Below are positions 40,314-50,574 of a stretch of 64,000 nucleotides of DNA, piece by piece. This DNA comes from Acidimicrobiales bacterium (lineage in GTDB: Bacteria; Patescibacteriota; Minisyncoccia; Phycocordibacterales; UBA918). A program made the translations under genes and the position numbers. The stretch is from NCBI GenBank assembly GCA_047638595.1, contig JBLIMJ010000001.1, positions 7,768 through 71,767 on the forward strand, written 5' to 3'. The notes under the pieces were generated by a model. It was not told the DNA's origin and made no database searches. It was given only the letters and a program-made list of their open reading frames with translations. How positions within the stretch are numbered: position 1 is the stretch's first letter; each line of letters starts with the position of its first letter.

Positions 40314-42605
40314 CTAACTCTCGCGATCAGGTAAATCAGACACTTTCTGACGAGGGAGTCGTACAATAAATGTAGTACCCTCATCCTCTACTGACTCAAA
40401 TGAGATGGAGCCACCAAATGATTCCACAATTGATTTTACAATGTACAGACCCAAACCGGAACCGCTACCTGGAACCATTGCGGTATTTGATGCCCGGTAA
40501 AATCGTCCAAACAACTTAGCTTGTTCGGCTTGAGGAATACCAATACCATCATCAGCGAGTTTCATAATTAATGAGGAATCATCGACTGCATACGAAACAG
40601 AAAGTGACCCCGGGTGACTACTATATTTAATAGCATTATCCATCAGATTTTGGAGCACTTGGCGCACACGTAACTTATCAACATATACAGTGACATTCTC
40701 CTCTAATCTATTATGTGAGATAGTAAACTGCTGTCGTTGTGCATATTCAGAAAGATCTGAAATAATCGAGTCGACAACAGGAGCAATAGCCACATCAGAT
40801 AAATTCAAATCAAGGATCTTCCCCTCTATCTTGGTAATATCGAGCATGTCGTTTACCATCATTATTAAACGCACTGTAGAAACTTCCACGTCATCAAGAA
40901 GCTCTTTCTGTTTCTTATTAAGCGCACCATAACTTTCATCCACAAGCATTTCAACGTTACCTCGCATAGAAGTAAGTGGAGTACGTAACTGATGAGAAGC
41001 TATCGCAACAAGTTCACTCTTAGAGCGTTCCAGGAGTTTTTCGTCAGTAATGTCATGTATGAAAATTACCGTACCATTGATATTGGACTGATTATGATAG
41101 TCAACCTCAATATTCCTTATCATGAACGTATACACTCTTCCATGCAGGTCTACTTCATTAATTTCGTCAGATATTCTGTCGAGGGCACAGCGCATGATAG
41201 TTTTTTTAATCTCTGGATCAGAAAACTTTTCAAACAAAGTCGGCATGATTATGAGTGGTTCAAACGAATCAATAGCTAGTAATCTTAATAACGCACCATT
41301 TACAAACTGAACTTGCCCATGTGTATCAATAAGAATTGCTGATGCGACCATACGCTCAGTAACAACACCGAGCTTCCATTTTTCCTGTGTTAACTCATAG
41401 GTACGTTCAGTGACTGTTTTTTCAATAATTTTTTTCTCACTGTCTAAATCCTCAAGGATATTGAGCGTTGCACTTCTACTATTCTCCAGTTCAGCATTGC
41501 GCTTCTTTGACATCTGCACAGAAATTTCAAGTTCTTTCGTTCTTTCCTCCACTTTCTTTTCTAGATTTTTCAGTGAATCCTTCAGTTTTGATGTCATCAC
41601 AGTGAAGGAGTTGGCCAAGTTGCCAATCTCATTCTTTAAATTATGATAGAGCGTAGTATCAAGTTCCCCATCACTAATCCTGAGCACACCTTGAGTGAGC
41701 TCAGTAAGTGGACTTAAAACTTTCTTGTGTAATAAAAATAATGCAATAATTAAATACAACACAAAAGAAAATATCAATATTCCTGATACTGTTAAGGAAA
41801 TTTGTAAATTTTTATATACGCTTTTTTGTGAAATTTCTACTACTACTCCCCATGAAGACAAAGGTATTTCTCTCCATGTACTAATTACGTTTTCATTATC
41901 TATACCTTGATATCTTGACAATTGTTGTTCTTTTTCAACAAAATTTTGAACTCCTTGAAAAGAATTTATTAACTCTTGTGAAGGAGGTTCCAATAAATTT
42001 TGTGATACAAGCAACTGCCCGTTTTTATCCACGACATACGCTTGTCCGTCTGGCACCCCTGCAATAATGCCCCAGAGGGAGCTCAGATCAATAGTTGCCA
42101 CCATAAGTCCTATTACTTGATCCCGTGCATCATAAATCGGTAAAGACCAAAAAAGAAACGGAACCCCAAAAGAGGACTGGTACGGACTAGAGATAAATTC
42201 AGAGCCACTGATTGACTGAATAAAGAAATTCTCTGAACTTACATTTTTAAGTTTTTTCTCAGTTTCAAAAGTGGAACCTTGAATATTTTTTATGAACTCA
42301 CCTGATTTATCATACGCATATAATTCCAAAATTGATGAATTGTTGTTTATAATTTCATTAAGAAAAGGATTATTTTTATCCGATGTAGCGATGTGTTTAC
42401 TTGCTAAAAGCAAATCACTTTGTATAGTGCCAAGTAGTCCAGAAACTTGAGTCTCAATTTTTATTGCTAGCTGATATGGGATTTGTTCGGCAGTTGATTT
42501 ATTGTTTTGATATTGAAACAATACAGAAAAATAGAGAACAACCCCCATAAAGAGCAACATAACAACTAGTGGGATGCCAAGCTGGAAAATAATCTTGTTT
42601 CTCAT
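40314..42605 (-). CDS. Sensor histidine kinase with extracytoplasmic Cache-like domain, HAMP and PAS
   Basis: Two TM segments flank a roughly 250-aa extracellular domain; HisKA ASHQLRTPLTSMRG; HATPase GSGLGLYIVKSIVE. Confidence 0.8.
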   Translation of the reverse strand: MRNKIIFQLGIPLVVMLLFMGVVLYFSVLFQYQNNKSTAEQIPYQLAIKIETQVSGLLGTIQSDLLLASKHIATSDKNNPFLNEIINNNSSILELYAYDKSGEFIKNIQGSTFETEKKLKNVSSENFFIQSISGSEFISSPYQSSFGVPFLFWSLPIYDARDQVIGLMVATIDLSSLWGIIAGVPDGQAYVVDKNGQLLVSQNLLEPPSQELINSFQGVQNFVEKEQQLSRYQGIDNENVISTWREIPLSSWGVVVEISQKSVYKNLQISLTVSGILIFSFVLYLIIALFLLHKKVLSPLTELTQGVLRISDGELDTTLYHNLKNEIGNLANSFTVMTSKLKDSLKNLEKKVEERTKELEISVQMSKKRNAELENSRSATLNILEDLDSEKKIIEKTVTERTYELTQEKWKLGVVTERMVASAILIDTHGQVQFVNGALLRLLAIDSFEPLIIMPTLFEKFSDPEIKKTIMRCALDRISDEINEVDLHGRVYTFMIRNIEVDYHNQSNINGTVIFIHDITDEKLLERSKSELVAIASHQLRTPLTSMRGNVEMLVDESYGALNKKQKELLDDVEVSTVRLIMMVNDMLDITKIEGKILDLNLSDVAIAPVVDSIISDLSEYAQRQQFTISHNRLEENVTVYVDKLRVRQVLQNLMDNAIKYSSHPGSLSVSYAVDDSSLIMKLADDGIGIPQAEQAKLFGRFYRASNTAMVPGSGSGLGLYIVKSIVESFGGSISFESVEDEGTTFIVRLPRQKVSDLPDRES

Positions 42606-42637
42606 GCTTTGTTGCGATACATATTAATAAGTATTTA

Positions 42638-43858
42638 TTACTGAACCCCTGCTGGTGCAGTAAGTATGTTAACAAATTCGAAAACTCCATCTTTTATAAT
42701 AGCTCCACTCATTAATATATTGTTGGTATCACCAAAATCATCAAAAGACCATGTATCGAGTAAGGCACCGAAATCATTAGTTTGTCTGACTGCTTCCATG
42801 ACAGCAACTCTATCCCTCTCCCCCTCTACGCTTTTCAGAGCTTCTATAACAACATGTGCAGTCTCATACCCTAAAACAGCAAACGGACCCGGCTCCGTTT
42901 GATATCTGGCCATGTAGGCATCATTAAATCTGAGGGATTCTTTTGTTCCGATATCTACAGCACTTACTCCAATTGTCGTAGCATATACACCTTCCGCTAG
43001 ATCTCGCCCTACTAAGTCAATAAAATCTTGACCTGCAATGCCATCAGGACCCATAATTTTTGAAGTAATTCCAATGGCACGCATTTCTTGTATAAACAAT
43101 GCAATTGCACTGAGTGTGGTTCCACCATAATAGACAAGGTCAGGTTCATTCTCTTGTATCGTCTGCAAAATATTCTGATAAGAGCTCGCTTTTTTATCGA
43201 TGGTGATGTCACCCAACACTTCCAAACCAATGCTGAGAGCTTTTTTCTTAAACAAACTGGAGATACCGGCACCATATGCACCACCATCATTAATTATATA
43301 TATTGATTTAAAACCGAGCTCATCCGCCCAGATAGCTCCAGCTGGACCCTGCTGATCATCAGTGGTGCATACTCTAAAATAGTTTCTTGTACCCGTTGGA
43401 TAAAATATTCCGGGTTCACCTGGTGTAAATCCAGATTTCGTAAGGCCAGGCCATGTGTTCCCCGGGCTAATTTGAACGAGATTGCCTTTGTTTAGAATAG
43501 GTATACTGATTTTTGCTGCACCACTATTGTACGTACCTATGTATGCCATTACATCGGGATCAGCTACTGCAATCTCGGCATTTTCACGCTCAATATCTTC
43601 ACCCCAGACACCATTCTCATCACCACCATCGAGAAAAAGTAATTCAATGTCAAAGTCACCCACCTTATAATCAAGTTCCGTAAATGCTAGTTCCACTGCA
43701 TTGGCAATTGACTCACCTGCAGTACCGCTTTCAGGAACACTGACAGCTATTTTAACAACCGAAGATGTCTCGAAAATTTTTATTGCAAAGAACACCATAG
43801 CAAGTACGGAAAAGAGACCTAGTAGGATAAATAGATACACACTTTTACGAATAGTCAT
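42638..43858 (-). CDS. Periplasmic binding protein (Leu/Ile/Val-binding, Peripla_BP_6-like), membrane-anchored
   Basis: N-terminal TM; type I PBP fold features (GTYNSGAAKISIPILNKGNLVQISPGNTWPGLT). Confidence 0.55.
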   Translation of the reverse strand: MTIRKSVYLFILLGLFSVLAMVFFAIKIFETSSVVKIAVSVPESGTAGESIANAVELAFTELDYKVGDFDIELLFLDGGDENGVWGEDIERENAEIAVADPDVMAYIGTYNSGAAKISIPILNKGNLVQISPGNTWPGLTKSGFTPGEPGIFYPTGTRNYFRVCTTDDQQGPAGAIWADELGFKSIYIINDGGAYGAGISSLFKKKALSIGLEVLGDITIDKKASSYQNILQTIQENEPDLVYYGGTTLSAIALFIQEMRAIGITSKIMGPDGIAGQDFIDLVGRDLAEGVYATTIGVSAVDIGTKESLRFNDAYMARYQTEPGPFAVLGYETAHVVIEALKSVEGERDRVAVMEAVRQTNDFGALLDTWSFDDFGDTNNILMSGAIIKDGVFEFVNILTAPAGVQ

Positions 43859-44117
43859 ACTTTAATTTGTTACAAAATAATTAGGTACCAATATAAATGT
43901 GAATAATCTGAAATGGACACTTTACTTGACACCATGGGATAGTAGCTATTTTAATAATAACATTAAAAAATTAGTTATATTACTAAAATTACGTAATTAC
44001 TGTATATAATTAAATATCACACACACAACAAAATTTCAGTTTTACTTGTAAAAGAATATCGAGGCCCCTGACTAATTTATTTCACATGTCTACTCAATGA
44101 CTATACGTATTTATATA

Positions 44118-45659
44118 TTATGATGTATAGTCGCCAAACTTTGCCTTAAGCTCTTCGATTTCTTTCTTAAGGGCTATCATTTTAAGCTCTCGATTCACAG
44201 TGACACTTTGGAACTTTTCAAGCTCCAAGAGCTTGGACTCTAGATCAAGCTGTGCATCTTGTAATGCTTTTGTTCTCTCCTGCACATTCTCTTCAAGATG
44301 TTCCTGCGATTCTGTGAGTGTTCGCATCGTCATATTATACACTTCGATCAAACGAGCTATTTCACCCCTTCCCTTTACCTTTACCTTAATCGTTTTAGTG
44401 AAATCACCAACCGCAGTCATGTTTGCTGCATTTGTTAATACAGTAATTGGATGAGTGACTGAAATCAACAAAAATAATATGATACAACTGAAAATAAATC
44501 CGAAGATAAGAGTGGCGAGTATTACGAATCTATCAAACGCATCGTCTGAATCTTCCCGCACCTCAAGAACCTCATGTTCCATGGTGAGTACCCATGGTAG
44601 ATAAATATCACTATCTTTTTGTTTAGAGTAGGCATATCCTGTAGAATGCGCAAGAAGCACTTCGTTGCCTGTGGCAAGAGTAACAAAATGATAGTCACCA
44701 ATATCATTCTCAATCCCATGATTATGCTCGTTACGGGCCAACAAATCATTAGGATTATTTTGACTGTTGGAATATATAAGTGTGTTATCTGTCTCAGCAA
44801 GGGTAAAGTACATTGACCTATGAGACTCATGCCCATGTGATACATGAATAGCAGACTCCTCTTCATCTCCATTATTCAGTGTGGTGAATATTTTTATTGT
44901 GTCAATAATTTCTGCAATATTTAGCACAGCTATTATAACTCCAGCCATCTCACCAGATTCATCAGCAATTGAAACTGCAATATCCATTGAGAACACTTCA
45001 GCGCTCTCATCATACACAACTGGTCCAACATAGATTCCCTCTGCAACTGCATGCTGCCACCAAGCCTCATCTGCTTGGTAATAATCAGTTGTTCTCCCTG
45101 TTTGGGCAATATTGGCACCATATACATTGGTTACAAATATTTCAGAGTAGACAGGGTATTCATACTCCTCAACAAAAAAACCTGATAATTCACGTAGCTC
45201 ATGTGACAATTCATTTTGCAACAAGCTATTCATAAGCTCTGTTGTTGTTCCCGCGGAAGTTGCAATCCATTGAGCATCCCGTTCCTGTATTGTACGAGCA
45301 ACATCATCTATCTTTGCAAAATTTTCATTGGAGTGCCTCAATACTGACTGAAGGGTGGTGTCACGAGTATATGCATGTATATACTCAACCCTTTTATTTA
45401 TATCACTCTGAATTTTATCCATCGCTTGTTGCACCACAACTACGGCATTCTCACCCATATCTTTACGAAATACATCCTCTGCATATTCAATAAAAAAGTA
45501 ATTCATTAATAAAAAACTTGCTGTACCTACAGTAAGAAGAAAGAGAGTAATTCTAATTACTATCCGTTGAAAAAAGGGCACTTTATATAGGTTTTTTATA
45601 TTTTCTGAAGCTTCTTTTTTTACTTTTTTTTCTGTATTCATAAAAAGAACATTGGTCAA
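44118..45659 (-). CDS. Membrane sensor protein with extracytoplasmic Cache-like domain, HAMP and coiled coil, with no recognisable output domain
   Basis: Two TM segments, a HAMP-like segment, then a heptad-repeat tail (ERTKALQDAQLDLESKLLELEKFQ...). Confidence 0.5.
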   Translation of the reverse strand: MTNVLFMNTEKKVKKEASENIKNLYKVPFFQRIVIRITLFLLTVGTASFLLMNYFFIEYAEDVFRKDMGENAVVVVQQAMDKIQSDINKRVEYIHAYTRDTTLQSVLRHSNENFAKIDDVARTIQERDAQWIATSAGTTTELMNSLLQNELSHELRELSGFFVEEYEYPVYSEIFVTNVYGANIAQTGRTTDYYQADEAWWQHAVAEGIYVGPVVYDESAEVFSMDIAVSIADESGEMAGVIIAVLNIAEIIDTIKIFTTLNNGDEEESAIHVSHGHESHRSMYFTLAETDNTLIYSNSQNNPNDLLARNEHNHGIENDIGDYHFVTLATGNEVLLAHSTGYAYSKQKDSDIYLPWVLTMEHEVLEVREDSDDAFDRFVILATLIFGFIFSCIILFLLISVTHPITVLTNAANMTAVGDFTKTIKVKVKGRGEIARLIEVYNMTMRTLTESQEHLEENVQERTKALQDAQLDLESKLLELEKFQSVTVNRELKMIALKKEIEELKAKFGDYTS

Positions 45660-46032
45660 AAATACTTCTACTACACAACTCTAGCCGTCAACTGTATCTA
45701 AATAATAACATCCTTTACGTTGTCTATTTTGGAATATACACTTAACAAAAAAAAGGGAGTGTACTATACTCGTTTCCTTACTTAGTCTAGGGATTTTGCC
45801 CAGGAAAGCACAAAGTCCAGAACTGTCCAATTTTTAATGACTGGAAGGGATCACTTCGTCGTATGAAAAACATAGTCGTTATCACTCCTTGTTTTACACA
45901 ATAAAAATGGAAATACTCTTGGGGTAAAATTCGAAATAGGATCTTCGACACTTTTCTCATTTGGTCCAGCGATTTGCCCAAGGGCAGAACAAATCGGGAC
46001 ATAAATTCGACATAGTCGTTACACTCCTTGTC

Positions 46033-46800
46033 TCATTTAAAGAAGGAATCAGAGAGAATAACAGCGAAATCTCTAAAGGTCATACGTCCATCCCCCGTAA
46101 AGTCATACACTTCTGTTTTCGAAGTCCATGCTGCCATAAAGCGGCTCAAGTCAGCTAAAGACACTTTTCCATCACCATTAATATCAGTCACAATCCTGAC
46201 AGTTACTGAGCCTTCTACAGAAGAACCATTTGATGGGTCATATTTTCCATCTTCATTAGCAACGTACAGCTGAGTACTTTCTTCTCCGCTATCAGTAACA
46301 GCCACTTCTAAACCAGAACCATCTCCAGCAATTAACCTACTGTCAGCGATTTCAAATGTTGCAAGTCCTGAGGTATTTGCTTTTGCCCTAACTGTTGCTA
46401 TCAAATGATCACCGAGGAACCCCTTGCGAAACGTCCCCCCACGAAGTACAACAGTATTGTCCTGCACATAGGGCTGTTCAGTCCACAAAGTAATCACAGA
46501 CTGACCAGTATCAATACCAAGGACTTCTACCTGCACATCTGGAAAAGCTAAAGCGATATCTATCGCATTTACAGGAACATGCGCAGAGACAAATACATTA
46601 ATTTTAAAAATTTCACCTTCGCGGACAGAACTCGCTGATGATTCAATTCGAATGTTCGTCTGTGACGTTGAATCAATTACACTCGCACCAAGAAAAGCAG
46701 CCACAACAAAAAGCAGCGGGAAAGCAAAACGCACCGTACGACTTTTATTGGGCCGGTATGGTGCGAAAATATTATTTAGTATTTTTTTTATAAGGTTCAT
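46033..46800 (-). CDS. Secreted cohesin-domain protein with a C-terminal type-I dockerin
   Basis: Cohesin-like beta-sandwich (GEIFKINVFVSAHVPVNAIDIALAFPDVQVEVLGIDTG...GLATFEIADSRLIAGDGSGLEV) plus a dockerin duplication DINGDGKVSLADLSRFMAAW / DFTGDGRMTFRDFAVILSD. Confidence 0.6.
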   Translation of the reverse strand: MNLIKKILNNIFAPYRPNKSRTVRFAFPLLFVVAAFLGASVIDSTSQTNIRIESSASSVREGEIFKINVFVSAHVPVNAIDIALAFPDVQVEVLGIDTGQSVITLWTEQPYVQDNTVVLRGGTFRKGFLGDHLIATVRAKANTSGLATFEIADSRLIAGDGSGLEVAVTDSGEESTQLYVANEDGKYDPSNGSSVEGSVTVRIVTDINGDGKVSLADLSRFMAAWTSKTEVYDFTGDGRMTFRDFAVILSDSFFK

Positions 46801-47462
46801 AATCCAATTATATCTTCACGTATAGCATCAATTTTAACACCAATATACGAAAGGGTATCATTTACCTCTTGTGCTTTAGTCACCTCGCTAAGCATTTGCG
46901 CTGACTGTACAGAAACCCCGTCGAGCAAGGCCTGGATAATATCCTTCTGAATCACTACTAACTCAGAAGAAAGACTGCTTCTTTGAAGCTCAAATGAAGC
47001 TAGTTCTGACCATTTTGCTACTGGATAGAATATTTGTTCTGATCTTGAATCCACAATATCTAAAAGAGTGACGTAGTCTTGATACACTTCAAACTCCCGA
47101 TTAAGACGTGCGACCATTAATGCTTTTCGTTCTGCATAGAAATCACCACAAGCGCCAAAGAGTTGATCTACTTCAACTAACTCTGCTTTATTAAGTGTTC
47201 CTAGGTTTCCAAGCAATTCATCAAACTTTTGTCGATCTTGTGTATCACAATCCTTCACAATCTCCGCAACAACAGCATCTGCTCCATTACGATCAGTCAC
47301 TTCAGCAATAGAAATGAGGGTGGTCTCTTGTTCTGAGACGAGCAACTTCATGGTAGAGACATACTCAGCTTGTTGTGTGTGTATATAAAGAGAAACTCCA
47401 TAAAACACAGATCCTAAAATTATAAGGCTACCAAAGATGTACTTCTTTTCAATATTTTTCAT
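46797..47462 (-). CDS. Membrane-anchored alpha-helical/coiled-coil protein (hypothetical)
   Basis: N-terminal TM; overlaps both neighbours by 4 bp, so it is operonic. Confidence 0.35.
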   Translation of the reverse strand: MKNIEKKYIFGSLIILGSVFYGVSLYIHTQQAEYVSTMKLLVSEQETTLISIAEVTDRNGADAVVAEIVKDCDTQDRQKFDELLGNLGTLNKAELVEVDQLFGACGDFYAERKALMVARLNREFEVYQDYVTLLDIVDSRSEQIFYPVAKWSELASFELQRSSLSSELVVIQKDIIQALLDGVSVQSAQMLSEVTKAQEVNDTLSYIGVKIDAIREDIIGL

Positions 47463-47465
47463 AGA

Positions 47466-49199
47466 CTATTCAACAATTTTTTCTACATCAGTAATCTCCT
47501 TTTCAACCTTCTTTTGAGCACTCTGAAGTGCCTCCTCTACCGCCTCAATAAGCACAGCCTCTGCCTTAGTTAACTTTTTTGTTTTTCGTGAAGAAGATAA
47601 CAAATCTGAATGGGTCCGAACGACTTTCCTTAAAGCCTCAAACTCAGCACCCAACATGACTAACGCTTCATCAGTTTCTCTAGTAACACCAGTTCGCAAC
47701 CGTCGTAGTCGGACAAACAAGAACCAAAGGCCTAGTATAGACAGTATAGTCAACGCAAGCAATGGAATCAGCACAGAGAGGATACTTACCACAACTGAGC
47801 CTATTCGAATATAACCTGGCTGTTGTACAGCAATACGGACTACATCACTCATCTCACTCTGTGCTCCGCGTTCATCAACAGCCACAGCAGAAAGCTCATA
47901 GACACCTAAAGAAAGCCTCCCTTCAGGGATAAAGATGAACTCTCCTGTTTCAGAACTTAGGATCGATATCTCCTGTGTATCACTTCCTATTTTAGTAAAC
48001 AACACTTTCACTTCAGCATTTGGTCGAGTAATACCTTTTATAACAGGAATAACGTCCTTTGAAACCTCAGACGGGTACTCAGTAAACTGAGGCTTATCAA
48101 ATGCAAGAACACCAAACGATATAGAGTCAATCAAGCTGTTTCCAGCACTATCAAAAGCTTCAATAATTACACTATGATGACCAGGCTCAAGTGATGGCAA
48201 GACCAGCTGACCCTTCTCATCTTCATCGATAAATTCAAAAGGTTCTCCACCGTCAATCTGTATCAAAAATCTTACTACAGCAGAGGTGTCATCCTCGGTC
48301 TTCAATACTAAAGTTTGTATAGGACTTGTTAAATCCACCCCTTCAGACAGTGTTACCTTAAAAGATGTCGGGGGTTTTGAATCAATCGCAATTCTATAGT
48401 GTGCTACACGCCCCCAACCATCGCCATTTCTAAACTGCATATGGAAATACTGCACACCTTCATCTAGGTCTGACAGTGAAATGCTCGAAATAGGTGTATC
48501 GTAGACTTTTGTTGGGATAGAACCACTATTCTCGTCTAAACGTGTCCTTACGGCAGTGACCCCTGCCGGCAGCGCCCACGATAACTCAGCAGACTTCTCT
48601 GTATACCAACCCTCCGGTTCAGGATGTGTTTTCGAGTTAATTACTGGAGCTGCAGGTGTATTTGCGGGTGCGATGTATTCTATTGTTTCTGGCTCAGGAC
48701 TCACTTCTGCAGAGACTATAGTAAACGAGCCCCCATTCATTGAAGTAAGAACATTGGTTCCACGTCCGTCTGCTGCGAGCACTGCCCCGCTGGTAAAAGA
48801 AACTCTAGGGTTCCCAGCGCCCTTAGTTCGGAAGGTTACAGAGATTACCGATCCTCCGCTCCCTGTGTAGCCGGTTGGACTACCTCCACTAAAGGAAATG
48901 GTTCCCGCACTATTTGAGAAAGAAGGTTCGGCTGTCCAAAGATTAAAAATTGAACCTTTAGTGACTCGCACAACACTCAACTCTCCAGGCTTGAAAGAAA
49001 GTTTTCCTTCCGCAGCGTTTATATTTTTACCCGAAGTATTTACCACCACGCGAGCAGTGAAAGTCTGACCAGCTGTGTACACACCTGTGCCTGGTGAAAC
49101 AGAAAGTGTAGCTGCATATGATGATGATGCTACACCACAAATAACTGCAAGTAAGAGCATTTTTATTGCAATAACAAAGTTGTGGTGTGTCAGATGCAT
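47466..49199 (-). CDS. Cohesin-domain surface protein with Ig-like middle region, C-terminal TM and cytoplasmic coiled-coil tail
   Basis: Signal peptide. Cohesin-like segment LSVSPGTGVYTAGQTFTARVVVNTSGKNINAAEGKLSFKPGELSVVRVTKGSIFNLW...GSVISVTFRTKGAGNPRVSF. TM IGSVVVSILSVLIPLLALTILSILGLWFLFV, then a basic/coiled-coil tail. Confidence 0.55.
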   Translation of the reverse strand: MHLTHHNFVIAIKMLLLAVICGVASSSYAATLSVSPGTGVYTAGQTFTARVVVNTSGKNINAAEGKLSFKPGELSVVRVTKGSIFNLWTAEPSFSNSAGTISFSGGSPTGYTGSGGSVISVTFRTKGAGNPRVSFTSGAVLAADGRGTNVLTSMNGGSFTIVSAEVSPEPETIEYIAPANTPAAPVINSKTHPEPEGWYTEKSAELSWALPAGVTAVRTRLDENSGSIPTKVYDTPISSISLSDLDEGVQYFHMQFRNGDGWGRVAHYRIAIDSKPPTSFKVTLSEGVDLTSPIQTLVLKTEDDTSAVVRFLIQIDGGEPFEFIDEDEKGQLVLPSLEPGHHSVIIEAFDSAGNSLIDSISFGVLAFDKPQFTEYPSEVSKDVIPVIKGITRPNAEVKVLFTKIGSDTQEISILSSETGEFIFIPEGRLSLGVYELSAVAVDERGAQSEMSDVVRIAVQQPGYIRIGSVVVSILSVLIPLLALTILSILGLWFLFVRLRRLRTGVTRETDEALVMLGAEFEALRKVVRTHSDLLSSSRKTKKLTKAEAVLIEAVEEALQSAQKKVEKEITDVEKIVE

Positions 49200-49205
49200 A
49201 CGTTT

Positions 49206-50267
49206 TTAATTATCTTCATCTTCTAATTCATCTTCGCTATCAACATCTTCACCAGTTTCAGCAGCACTCTTTCGTCTGAAGAAGAACAATACAGTAAATA
49301 CAAAACCTGAAAGGACAAAGATCCCGATACCTGTCGCAATCAACGCAATCATCACTTTCACCTCTGCAGTCATTGTTCGTTGTGCTTCGTCTGGCACGTA
49401 TATCGCAACATATTCATTCCCAGCCTTGTCTATAGCACGCACTCGAATAGTACTATTAAGTGTCTGATCTTTTAGTACATAAGGACTTTTTACTTCCTTC
49501 CATGGAGCGTCTTCACGTCCCCAATTAAATAAACTAGCTTCAGTCATAGACTCCTCAATTACTTCATAGTGATCAATACCTGACTGCTTGTCAGTAGTAT
49601 TAAAAACAATAAAATAATCATTACTAAATGCATTTTTTGTTCTTTCCAGAGTAATACTGAACTCTTCTGGGTCTATCTCGTCAGCGTTTACAATATCACC
49701 CCATTCATTATTAATGCTTGAGCCAGGTGTTTTTGAAAGCTCGATACTAGTACCTAATAATGTTAATGGTGCCAATGTTCCAAAACCGTCATTGAGTAAT
49801 ACTTGTGTCTGTTGACCAAAAGCAATTTGTCCCTGGTTTGTATCTCCGGATGCTCCAATAACAAAACCGGGAGACTGAAAAAGTAAATCAACAACAACAT
49901 TTGTTAAACGAGGATCACCTGCAATACGGCCACAATAGCCATTAGGTATACCTCCTGCAAAAGTAATAGTTTTATTAGAACGATCAATAATTGGTTCCTC
50001 AACCCACATACTCAGAATAGAAGCACCACGTGAGATGTCGACAGGTTGGATATTATCCGAGTATTTAATAACACCATCAACAACATTTACACATTCATCC
50101 TCATCAGTGTCCAACCGAACAGAGACTTTAAGAGTATCGCCTCGAGATAGTTCAGCGTGGTTGGGATCCATATACAATGTTGCCGCTTGAGTCTGAGTTG
50201 CCCCCAACAAAAAGACTGCAAAGAGACCAACGATAAGTTTCCTATTCATATAGTGTAAGTATAGCAA
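49206..50267 (-). CDS. Cohesin-domain surface protein with C-terminal TM and acidic cytoplasmic tail
   Basis: Signal peptide; GDTLKVSVRLDTDEDECVNVVDGVIKYSDNIQPVDISRGASILSMWVEEP...ITFAGGIPNGY; TM MIALIATGIGIFVLSGFVFTVLFFF; tail EDVDSEDELEDEDN. Confidence 0.5.
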   Translation of the reverse strand: MLYLHYMNRKLIVGLFAVFLLGATQTQAATLYMDPNHAELSRGDTLKVSVRLDTDEDECVNVVDGVIKYSDNIQPVDISRGASILSMWVEEPIIDRSNKTITFAGGIPNGYCGRIAGDPRLTNVVVDLLFQSPGFVIGASGDTNQGQIAFGQQTQVLLNDGFGTLAPLTLLGTSIELSKTPGSSINNEWGDIVNADEIDPEEFSITLERTKNAFSNDYFIVFNTTDKQSGIDHYEVIEESMTEASLFNWGREDAPWKEVKSPYVLKDQTLNSTIRVRAIDKAGNEYVAIYVPDEAQRTMTAEVKVMIALIATGIGIFVLSGFVFTVLFFFRRKSAAETGEDVDSEDELEDEDN

Positions 50268-50431
50268 TCGTACGGCAATCTAACATGTGTTTTATGCACA
50301 AAACATAAACAAAGACCATTGATATTAAAATAATTTTAGCCATGTTCGTCCGGTAATTTCTTTTAGGGAAAGAAAGAAATTGGGACCTGAATTCACAAAT
50401 ACCCTTCGGCTATTTGTTCACTCAAAGAGAA

Positions 50432-50468
50432 AAACCCGTCTCGTGGTGGGAGATAGGGTTTTTCTATA
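50432..50468 (-). terminator. Terminator-like hairpin downstream of the 50575..51663 gene
   Basis: aaaaacccgtctc-gtggtgg-gagatagggttttt (imperfect stem with flanking T/A runs). Confidence 0.35.
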
Positions 50469-50574
50469 TGCTCTATTCTATTGCAATTCAGAATTGGGCG
50501 AACTACTACGCGACGTAGTTTTGTTTGTTTTTGAATTGATACGCGACTCAATTCATTTTTGTTTTAAGTTGAAC

